Shown piece after piece: positions 8,981 through 17,183 of a stretch of DNA of 64,000 bases (the first letter of the stretch is position 1; every line of letters starts with the position of its first letter). A model generated the notes under the pieces. It saw nothing but the letters and a program-made list of their open reading frames with translations. It searched no databases and was not told the origin of the DNA. Position numbers and translations under genes: made by a program. Origin of the DNA: Candidatus Magasanikiibacteriota bacterium (lineage in GTDB: Bacteria; Patescibacteriota; Patescibacteriia; Magasanikbacterales; UBA922); contig JBAYVA010000003.1 of assembly GCA_041674805.1 (NCBI GenBank), positions 27,029 to 91,028 of the forward strand. Direction: 5' to 3'.

Positions 8981-9319
8981 TTAGATATCTAGGTTGTCGA
9001 TAGCACTAGTATCAATATCATCATGACTATTACTACTACTTGTTGATGATGATTCAGGTCTACGGTGTTGTGAACCTTCTGGTTCGTTAATTTTTAAGTT
9101 TACAAGGGCATTGTTCTTAGCGCCAACAACTTTCAATAAAGTGCGGATAGCACGAACAGTGTTTCCACGTCTACCAATGACATAACCAATGTCAGTTGGA
9201 TTAAGATCCAAAGTGATAAGAACACCACGTTCATCTACTGTACGGGTAACTTTTACTTCTTCTGGATTGTTTACAATCGCCTTAACGACGAATTCGATAA
9301 ATTCTTGATCTTGTACCAT
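8981..9319 (-). CDS. KH-domain RNA-binding protein (KhpA/UPF0109-like) with a Ser/Asp-rich C-terminal tail
   Basis: VIGRRGNTVRAIRTLL is a GXXG-type KH motif, and the N-terminal VKAIVNNPEEVKV is typical of UPF0109. The tail is ESSSTSSSNSHDDIDTSAIDNLDI. Confidence 0.6.
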   Translation of the reverse strand: MVQDQEFIEFVVKAIVNNPEEVKVTRTVDERGVLITLDLNPTDIGYVIGRRGNTVRAIRTLLKVVGAKNNALVNLKINEPEGSQHRRPESSSTSSSNSHDDIDTSAIDNLDI

Positions 9320-10049
9320 ATCTTTTCAATATTACATAATAAATAAACTCATCCGCGGTAAACTGACTAAACAGTATAGGCTAAAAGCCTACTTATATGT
9401 CTTTTGCGGACATAAATCTACGATAATTTACAAACTTTCTCGACTAAAAGAATGCTCAAAACCGTGAAAATATTATAACACAAAAAAGTTGTAAGGTCAA
9501 TATAACGACAAAAATGATTTATCCACAAACAAAAAATACAAAAGAATAAAGTTTAGCCATTTTTTGTTATTTTTAACAAAAAAACATTCAAATATTATTT
9601 CTATCTCTATTCCACAACGCCGGATTCATTTGCACGTATTTGTATATTTGATGGTATTTTTTTTCATTCCTAATGATATGATCATGAAATGACCGTTGCC
9701 AAATGAATCTTGGTAAACATTCTTGATGAATTATTTTAGATGATGTGGTTTTGAAGGCGCCAATTAATTCTGAAATCGATTTTATTTTGGTTTTTTTGTC
9801 AGGTTTATTTTGTATTAAAATGTCTGGATTGTTTCCAACATCCGTAGGGACAGGTCGCGACCTGTCCCTACCATTGCTGTCTAAATAATTTTCCTAATTT
9901 TATTCCCTTTAAATAAATCTATTTTTATTTCCTCCATATTTTTTTAATAAATAACAAATTTATTATAACACAAAAAATATCTATTCAAAATATCACAACA
10001 GACACTCTCCTCCCCCACGATAAGGGGGAGGTCGGGAGGGGGTTGCGTG

Positions 10050-10092
10050 GCAATAAAAAAACAAAACCCACCCCCGAAAGGGTGGGAAATGT
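10050..10092 (-). terminator. Rho-independent terminator of the large surface-protein gene
   Basis: On the minus strand: cccaccc-tttcggg-ggtggg followed by ttttgttttttt. A second GC hairpin (cctccccc/gggggagg) follows at 10008-10045. Confidence 0.5.
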
Positions 10093-10140
10093 TTAGAAAA
10101 ATATCTAATTTGTTCAAATTCAATTTAATGAATCAAACTA

Positions 10141-13100
10141 TTAGTTATTTTCTGTTGCTAAGAATTTAGCAGATGGTAATACATCTACGTATGTACCTGT
10201 AATACTTGATGTAGTTTCATCATCATCCCAAGTAATACCTGTAACTTTCATAGCAATTTGAGCACTAGCATCGACAGCTGAAGTTTTTACTGATAGATAA
10301 TATACACCTGTTGTACCAATTTCTCTATCAGAATCAGCTAAACCACTTAAATCCCAACCACCAGCATCAGTAGCATCAGAAACTGTAGTTGTTGCTAATG
10401 AACTTCTTGTTGAATCTAACAATTCAACATAAGTTGTAGTAACACCAGTTTGTACTAAATCCAAAGTTATACCTTTGAAATCAACAGTACCACCGTCAGC
10501 AGTGATTGTAAGTTTAATCATTTCGTTGTCACCAATACTCAAGAAACCTTTTTGAGCAGCTTCAGCACCAGCTGTATAAGCTAATACTGGTCTAGCAGCA
10601 CGTAATTCAAATACATTACTTGCACCAGCAGAAGTTGATGTGTCAACAACATCATCACCTTGTGTAGCAGAAGCTTCATAGCCAGTCATTTCAAATGTTG
10701 TTGTAACACCTGAAGCGATACCTAAGTCTGAATCAACAAGAGCAAAGTCAGCATAGACATCTACTGTTGTTTTCTTACTCAAATCAATTGTTAAACCATC
10801 AAAGTTTGCAACTCCAGAGAAGAATTGTGTAACTTCTTTGTTACCAATACGTACAGCTGTTACAGCAGCTGAATTTGACATTGTCAAATCAAGATCTGTA
10901 AGAGTGAAAGTATCATAACTAGGTTCAAATTGTAAAGAGTAAACTTTTACATTTTTTGCTTCACTCAATACGATATCAGCATCAGGATTAGCTGAAGCTA
11001 ATGAATCAGTTAAACCACCAGCAGCAACAGTAACAGTTTGACCTGTTACAGCACTTGTAGTAGTAGTAATACCATCAGAAGAACCTTTAAATTCTACAGC
11101 AAGAGTAGTTGTAACAGCACCTGTAGTAGAAGAATCAAGACTTCCATATACATCCAATGTCAAAGTATTTTCTTTTGACAATAGAGTACTTACTGTGAAG
11201 TTGTTTGAAGCAGCAGGATCTTTGATAACATCTGTATCACCAGATACATGTAAATCAGAGATATTTGCTACACCATAAGCACCACCAACAGTTACAGTAT
11301 ATTTCTTAATTGTAACATCTTGTGATGTTGGAGCTTTAATTACGAAAGAAGCTAATTTATAATCACTAGCACCAGTTGTAATTGTTCTGTTTGCATAACT
11401 AGTATTCTTTGATACTGACAATGTTCCTGAAGAAGCTGTCATAGCTTTACCAGTAGCACTACCAGATACGTCATATGTAGTACCTGTACTATATAATGCA
11501 TCACCACTTAAATCTTCAATTTTTACAGCATTACCAGAAGAAACGATAGAAAATACAAAAGCATCATTAGAATCAACAGTTTCTGCAAAATCAGCAGTAA
11601 CTACTAATTTTTGTTTGCCTTTTACTTCAAATTCTTCATCACAAGTAATAGTTGCACTAGTTACGTCAACTGGACCACAAACAGTTTTGCCATCCAATTT
11701 AACTCTTAAATTTTCTAAATCTAAATCTCCAGCAGTTGTATGTAATGTACCGGCACTAGCTGTAATTGAGATAGGCAATTCTGTAACTACTACAGTTTCG
11801 TCACTAGCATCCAATTCAGCTACCAACATTACGATATCTTTTGTTTTTGGAGCGTAAGTTCCTGCTTTTGGATTATCTGAATGTTCATCAATAGACAAAG
11901 CACCACCTTTGATAGTATGAGTAACTTCATTAGAAGCATCAACATCAGTTGGTACTGTTAAGAAACCATTTTTTGTTCCTTTAGCTACTACGTCTGTTCT
12001 TTCATCTAATACAAGTTTTACTGTTTCACCGTTGCCAGAAACGACATCAGCTTTTACAGTGAAATCATAATTGATTTCATCTTGTTCAAGTAACATTGGA
12101 CTACTCAAAACAAATTTTACATAGTCATTACTGCCCAATTGTACTGGACCAGCAACAACTTCATCACCATAATACAAAGTGTAATCAACAACATCAGATG
12201 TACTAGCTGTACCTTTTTGTTTCAATAAAACAGAGTACAATTTTACATCTTCAGTAGTTGAAGCATCAAAAGAGAATTCAGCTACAGTTTTGTCAGTTTC
12301 ACCAACAATTAAATCTGAAGTGTTACCACTATAATCAAAAGTAATACTTGGAGCAGACACACCAGAAACTGTCATTGCATTACCACTGATTGGGAATGTA
12401 GCATTTACTTTTGCTGTAGTTTCTACTGAAGCAATTCTCAAATAACTTGAGTTACCAGAATCAGCAAGAGTACCATTCATATCAGCTACGATACTGATAG
12501 ATACTGAAGAGTTTGCAGGAATAGTGATTTTGTTACTATCTGTTGAGAAATAGATTTCTACTTCATCATCAGAACCCAAAACACGTTTACTACCATGTGT
12601 TATACCGTCTACTACTACGTAAACTTTATCAAAATCATCATAACGTCCAAGACCAGCACGTTCTACAGTAAGACCTGTAAGATCTACTGCTTTGTCGCCA
12701 GCTTTTGCTACCATAGTAACGTATGTTTGTCCCAAAATATCTTTTGGAAGATTCATACTACTTGGAGTATTAGCACTTAGACTCAATGTCAAAGTACCAG
12801 CTTGATTTGGAGTTTCAGTTGATGGAGCAGTTTGCATCAAGATAGCTGATTCAGTTACAGAAGCTGTACTCATTTCTACAGAAGCAAATACTTCAGCAGA
12901 AACTGTACGAACAGCAGGAGCTGTTACTTTTGATAAAGTACCAGATACTTTATACAATTTACCTGACATAACACTATATACATCTGTAGTACCAGATTTC
13001 TTAACTAGCATACCTTCGTGAAGAGTAGCTGTTGAAATTTGTTTACTAGTTTCGATATAAGACATTAATTCTGTATCAGGCAATGTTCTTAATACTGCTG

Positions 13101-13548
13101 ATTGATTCCAATTACTGCCGTATAGTGAGATAGCTACTTGTTCACTTAAAATATGACTAAGTTCGCCACCAGGAAGGATCGCGAAAACGCGAGCTGCTTC
13201 AGCACTTTTTACAAGCATACTACCTTCACGGAAAGTAAGCATTCTTGAAGCCAATGGGAATTGAGCTAAACAAGTTTCAGGAATTGTTACAACACCTGAG
13301 AAATCCTTGTACCAAGTATAAAATACTGATTCATTTGGGATAACTTGTCTTTTTAAATCACTACTTATTACGTATACAGATGCTTTACCAGCTACTTTTA
13401 CTAAGTCGCCAGCTTCAACTGTAGGACATTCACCTTCAGCATGAGCAACTACTGGTGCAAGTGCGGCTAAACCAACACTCCATACCATAGTCATTGCTAC
13501 TACTGAAAAGGTGAACAATTTTTTTCCGAATTTTAATACATCGTTCAT
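10141..13548 (-). CDS. Large secreted Thr/Ser/Val-rich repetitive surface protein (putative S-layer / adhesin-like)
   Basis: N-terminal signal peptide (MTMVWSVGLAALAPVVAHA-EGE). The 1135-aa protein is rich in T/S/V/A/D and reads like repeated beta-sandwich domains. No LPXTG motif is present. Confidence 0.65.
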   Translation of the reverse strand: MNDVLKFGKKLFTFSVVAMTMVWSVGLAALAPVVAHAEGECPTVEAGDLVKVAGKASVYVISSDLKRQVIPNESVFYTWYKDFSGVVTIPETCLAQFPLASRMLTFREGSMLVKSAEAARVFAILPGGELSHILSEQVAISLYGSNWNQSAVLRTLPDTELMSYIETSKQISTATLHEGMLVKKSGTTDVYSVMSGKLYKVSGTLSKVTAPAVRTVSAEVFASVEMSTASVTESAILMQTAPSTETPNQAGTLTLSLSANTPSSMNLPKDILGQTYVTMVAKAGDKAVDLTGLTVERAGLGRYDDFDKVYVVVDGITHGSKRVLGSDDEVEIYFSTDSNKITIPANSSVSISIVADMNGTLADSGNSSYLRIASVETTAKVNATFPISGNAMTVSGVSAPSITFDYSGNTSDLIVGETDKTVAEFSFDASTTEDVKLYSVLLKQKGTASTSDVVDYTLYYGDEVVAGPVQLGSNDYVKFVLSSPMLLEQDEINYDFTVKADVVSGNGETVKLVLDERTDVVAKGTKNGFLTVPTDVDASNEVTHTIKGGALSIDEHSDNPKAGTYAPKTKDIVMLVAELDASDETVVVTELPISITASAGTLHTTAGDLDLENLRVKLDGKTVCGPVDVTSATITCDEEFEVKGKQKLVVTADFAETVDSNDAFVFSIVSSGNAVKIEDLSGDALYSTGTTYDVSGSATGKAMTASSGTLSVSKNTSYANRTITTGASDYKLASFVIKAPTSQDVTIKKYTVTVGGAYGVANISDLHVSGDTDVIKDPAASNNFTVSTLLSKENTLTLDVYGSLDSSTTGAVTTTLAVEFKGSSDGITTTTSAVTGQTVTVAAGGLTDSLASANPDADIVLSEAKNVKVYSLQFEPSYDTFTLTDLDLTMSNSAAVTAVRIGNKEVTQFFSGVANFDGLTIDLSKKTTVDVYADFALVDSDLGIASGVTTTFEMTGYEASATQGDDVVDTSTSAGASNVFELRAARPVLAYTAGAEAAQKGFLSIGDNEMIKLTITADGGTVDFKGITLDLVQTGVTTTYVELLDSTRSSLATTTVSDATDAGGWDLSGLADSDREIGTTGVYYLSVKTSAVDASAQIAMKVTGITWDDDETTSSITGTYVDVLPSAKFLATENN

Positions 13549-13835
13549 AAATACCTTTTAAATTTATTGAAACGCGCCTCCGTATAGGTGTAAACACCAC
13601 GGTGTCGTGACAATAAATCTGAATAAATAGCCACTCAACTCTGCCTTACGACAGATCGACCTTGTGGTCAAGTGGGATCTCTCAAATAGTTTGCTTTTGG
13701 CAAAACTTACTTGAGATAGAGTCTCGTCGGCCAAGACGAGTGCCCTTTTTTCCCAAAATAGATTTCTCTATCTTGGTTACTGTATGGCCCACAATTCACC
13801 AATGATGAACTTTGGCTCATACAGTATAATACTTT

Positions 13836-13870
13836 GAATTTTGAAATTTAGTAATTTTAAATTTTAAATT
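13836..13870. repeat. Left arm of a ~34-bp inverted repeat flanking the four-helix-bundle gene
   Basis: gaattttgaaatttagtaattttaaattttaaatt; its reverse complement matches 14228-14263 with 1 mismatch. Confidence 0.7.
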
Positions 13871-14228
13871 AAATGTTATTTTTTGAACTATGATATATCT
13901 TATTAAAGATACGTACTAATTCACTTGTTTCTAACCATAAACTTCTTAAATCATTTTTGTTATTTATTTTTAATTCACCTAATAACTCTATCCAATATTT
14001 CGTTTCATTTATTTCTTTTCTCACTATAGCTATCTTATTTATAAAATCTTTTTTAGAACTAGCACTATTTGCTTCTCTATAATTCGCTCCAACACTTGTC
14101 GCTGATCTTATTAACTGTGATATAATAGCTCTATTCAAATTTGTTATTTCAATACCTTTTAGATAATTTAAGATTGATTTACTAAAATCAAATGTTCTCT
14201 TTTCTAAATTGTATTCCATACCCTCCAA
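13869..14228 (-). CDS. Four-helix-bundle protein (23S rRNA intervening-sequence protein family, TIGR02436-like)
   Basis: LIRSATSVGANYREANSASSKKDFINKIAIVRKEINETKYWIELL is the characteristic motif of this family. The gene sits exactly between near-perfect inverted repeats. Confidence 0.7.
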   Translation of the reverse strand: MEGMEYNLEKRTFDFSKSILNYLKGIEITNLNRAIISQLIRSATSVGANYREANSASSKKDFINKIAIVRKEINETKYWIELLGELKINNKNDLRSLWLETSELVRIFNKIYHSSKNNI

Positions 14229-14263
14229 AAATTTAAAATTTAAAATTACTAAATTTAAAATTT
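14228..14263. repeat. Right arm of the inverted repeat flanking the four-helix-bundle gene
   Basis: aaatttaaaatttaaaattactaaatttaaaattt. Confidence 0.7.
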
Positions 14264-15532
14264 TTCTACACTACTACTAGTAGTCGTAACAACACTTGAT
14301 GTGTTACTATTTACTACAGGTAATATAATAGGTATCACCGGTGTAGTAGTCAATATTTGTTCTTTCGTTGTTACTACTTCTTTACTCACAGTATCTACAG
14401 AAGTCTTTAGTTCAATAGTTTTTTTCACGGCTTCTAGAATATTTGTTTCTACCAAATTTGTTACTGTTGTTTTTTCACTTTCTACTGCTTTGGACATCTC
14501 AGCTACTTTGCTAGTCAATTCTGTAGTTTTTATTTGTGCATCTTGGACTGGTGTTGTTGTTTTCAATTCCACACTACTTGTTGTTGTATTTGTAGTAGTC
14601 ACACTGACATCTTCTTTTATAAGAGTACTTGTAGTATTCAAAGCTTGTGATTCACTTGTCGCTACATTATTGTTAGCACTAGCAGACAATCCTACCAAAT
14701 CTTCTTTCGCTTTTTCTGTATCTTTTTTTATTTCTTCTACAGCAGTAGCTAGATGATCTTTGATAATGATTTTTTCTTCTTCAGAAACAGCTGTCTTAGA
14801 TTCTACTTTCTTTTCCAAAACTCTTTCTACCATCTGCAAACTAGTTTGTGAGACATCTACTGCTTTGGCAGACAATTCTTTGGAAAGACTTGCATCTACG
14901 ACATTTTGTGAAGCTACTTCTTTTAGTGTACTAGATATTTCTTGAGTTTTTAGAGCTACATCTTTTACCAAATCTGATATTTTTATGACATCACTGTCTT
15001 TTAGTTCTTCTTTGGCAGTATCCAATTTTTGTTGCAATTCATCTGAAGCTTGTCTAATAATTTTAGTTTTTACATTTATATTTGCATCACTGTCAGCTAC
15101 TTCTTTTAGTACTTGAGCTCTCTTTGATGCAAACTCCAAATTCAAACTAGCTTTATTTTCTTTTGATGTAACTACCAGCTGACCTTGTTCTACGACATTA
15201 CTTATAGCTTTTTTGGTGGACCACATGATATCTCCAGGTTCAGCATAAGCACTTGCTATCCAACCACCAGAAGTGATGATAAGTGCTAATACCGTAGTGA
15301 AAACTGGTTTCAAAGTTCTTCCAATATTCTTTGGTAAAAGCATTTGATAAACATGAGCAATGTTTTTTAATTTTTCTGTCAAAATGTTTTCATTTTCATT
15401 GTGAATTGTTTCTACCGTAGTTTTGGCAATTTGACTCATCAACATTTTTTTATTTTCCAAAACCCAAGAAGGACGTGCTGTTAACACTTCCGTATTTTTC
15501 AAGTTCTTCAATTGTTCTTTCATTCTTTTCAT
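14255..15532 (-). CDS. Membrane-anchored coiled-coil protein downstream of the ECF sigma factor; possible anti-sigma factor (DUF5667-like)
   Basis: Cytoplasmic N-terminus, one TM helix (FTTVLALIITSGGWIASAYA), then a long coiled-coil and Thr-rich extracytoplasmic region. It lies directly downstream of the sigma gene in the same direction. Confidence 0.4.
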   Translation of the reverse strand: MKRMKEQLKNLKNTEVLTARPSWVLENKKMLMSQIAKTTVETIHNENENILTEKLKNIAHVYQMLLPKNIGRTLKPVFTTVLALIITSGGWIASAYAEPGDIMWSTKKAISNVVEQGQLVVTSKENKASLNLEFASKRAQVLKEVADSDANINVKTKIIRQASDELQQKLDTAKEELKDSDVIKISDLVKDVALKTQEISSTLKEVASQNVVDASLSKELSAKAVDVSQTSLQMVERVLEKKVESKTAVSEEEKIIIKDHLATAVEEIKKDTEKAKEDLVGLSASANNNVATSESQALNTTSTLIKEDVSVTTTNTTTSSVELKTTTPVQDAQIKTTELTSKVAEMSKAVESEKTTVTNLVETNILEAVKKTIELKTSVDTVSKEVVTTKEQILTTTPVIPIILPVVNSNTSSVVTTTSSSVEKF

Positions 15533-15585
15533 AAAAATAAATAGAATTTTGAATTTAGTCCCGACTAGTCGGGATAAAATTTTAT

Positions 15586-16173
15586 TTACCTCTCCAACAT
15601 CTTCTTCAATATTTTCAACGCTCTATACAAAGTAACTCTGACATTAGTAGTATTCTTTTGCAAAATATCTGATATTTCACTTGTACTCATTTCTTCTACA
15701 TATTTGAGTAAAATAATTTCTTGATATTCACGTTTCATTTTTTGCAAAGCTTTTGCCACTCTTTCTATTTCTTGTTTATCACCCAAATTTTTCAAAATCT
15801 TCGTCTCAGCAAAAATATCGCCAACTTCTTCTATAGATATTTCCAAATTGTGATTCTTACGATAATAATCTATCAAAGTGTTACGAGCTATTCTATAGAT
15901 AAGTCCACTAAAACTATTTATCACAGCTTCTCTATTGTCTATCAAATAGTTCCAAACTTTTAGAAAGACTTCACTTGTAATATCCTCAGCTTCTTCTCTA
16001 TTACCTAATTTCATATATACAAAACGATAAATTTTTTGTATATAAAGATCATAAAGAGTAGCGAAGCTGTCAGTATCTCCCATTTGTTGGATTTTGTGAA
16101 CAAGGAATTTTTCCTTATATTCAGCCTTCATATATAGAAGTCGTAAAAAATAAAAAAGTGTTACAGTTACCAA
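15586..16173 (-). CDS. RNA polymerase sigma factor, sigma-70 family (ECF-like, regions 2 and 4)
   Basis: Region 2 is DLYIQKIYRFVYMKLGNREEAEDITSEVFLKVWNYL; the region 4 HTH is ILLKYVEEMSTSEISDILQKNTTNVRVTLYRALKILKK. The real start is probably the internal MKAEYKEK. Confidence 0.8.
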   Translation of the reverse strand: MVTVTLFYFLRLLYMKAEYKEKFLVHKIQQMGDTDSFATLYDLYIQKIYRFVYMKLGNREEAEDITSEVFLKVWNYLIDNREAVINSFSGLIYRIARNTLIDYYRKNHNLEISIEEVGDIFAETKILKNLGDKQEIERVAKALQKMKREYQEIILLKYVEEMSTSEISDILQKNTTNVRVTLYRALKILKKMLER

Positions 16174-16299
16174 ACCAAAACAATAGTTTATCTACCTATA
16201 ACACGAAAAAATAGCTCAAGTGAGCTGAAATTATTTAAATTTTGAAATGCTTTTATCATAAATAGCGTAAGTGACTATAACACATAATACGCAAAAAGG

Positions 16300-16570
16300 C
16301 AATAATCTGTGTACAAAATGTAGTCAAACATAACATAGTTATAAAATTATAATGTTATAAAGTTTGTAAAGTCTACAATATTTAAAATTGTAGATAAATT
16401 AGCCAAATTATCTAACATAATTATTTAAAACAAATATTATAAAAAACCTATTTTTTGGCTAAAATAACAATTAAAATGAACAAATTCGCACTTACAACAT
16501 TACAACGTTATAACATTATAACTTTATAACTTTACAAACTTTATAAACTCTTTGTATATAATAGTGTAAA
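16300..16570. repeat. Dense cluster of TTGTAAAGTT / TTATAAAGTT / TTATAATGTT units and small palindromes in a 445-bp divergent intergenic region
   Basis: Examples: gttataaaattataatgttataaagtttgtaaagtctacaatatttaaaattgtag and cattacaacgttataacattataactttataactttacaaactttataaactc. Confidence 0.6.
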
Positions 16571-16618
16571 CAAATATCCACTTAAAATCAAAAACAGTCT
16601 TGACAAAACCGCAAAAAT

Positions 16619-16984
16619 TTGATAATATTAGTCTATACAAACATAAATATGCCTGAAACAAACAATAAACAAGCCAAAGAAATCATTCGCGTTTCTATTT
16701 CAGAAGCTGCCAGACTCTTTGGTGTTAATCCACAGACCATTAGAAGAGCTATCAAAAGTCAAGAAATCACTTATGTAGTAGTAGCAGGCAGATACAAAAT
16801 AAATTTTGAAAGTCTAGTCCGTTGGTCCCAAAAAAAAGTTACTGTCAAAAATAAAGCTGAAAAATACGGCATAGGCCAATATGTGGATAAATGGAAAATA
16901 AAAAACACTCTTTACTCCCCTAGTCCAAAAAGCATCCAAAAAGAAGAACTAGATGAAGAAAACAACAACTCATCAAAATTATAA
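16619..16984 (+). CDS. Excisionase-family helix-turn-helix DNA-binding protein (HTH_17-like)
   Basis: ISEAARLFGVNPQTIRRAIKSQEITYVVVAGRYKINFESLVRW matches the excisionase-family DNA-binding domain. The likely true start is MPETNNKQ at 16649. Confidence 0.55.
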   Translation: MIILVYTNINMPETNNKQAKEIIRVSISEAARLFGVNPQTIRRAIKSQEITYVVVAGRYKINFESLVRWSQKKVTVKNKAEKYGIGQYVDKWKIKNTLYSPSPKSIQKEELDEENNNSSKL

Positions 16985-16986
16985 AC

Positions 16987-17012
16987 TCCAGCCAAAAAAG
17001 CTGGATTTTTGT
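16987..17012 (+). terminator. Rho-independent terminator
   Basis: ccagc-caaaaaa-gctgg followed by atttttg. Confidence 0.5.
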
Positions 17013-17183
17013 TGACAAAACAATAACTAAAAAGTAACTGACAAAGTTTCTTTAATTACTTTTAGTTACCTAAAGTTACTGATAAGTTAAACTATAAAGC
17101 ATAACAAGACAATAACTAAAAGTAACTGGTCTAAACTTTGTCAGTTACTTTTAATTACAGTTATTGTTAGTTATTGCTAGTTA

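Noticed and set aside
9519-9527. oriC, suggested by a perfect TTATCCACA DnaA box
   Set aside because: Only a single consensus box was found, with no dnaA/dnaN nearby and no cluster of boxes. One 9-mer can occur by chance.
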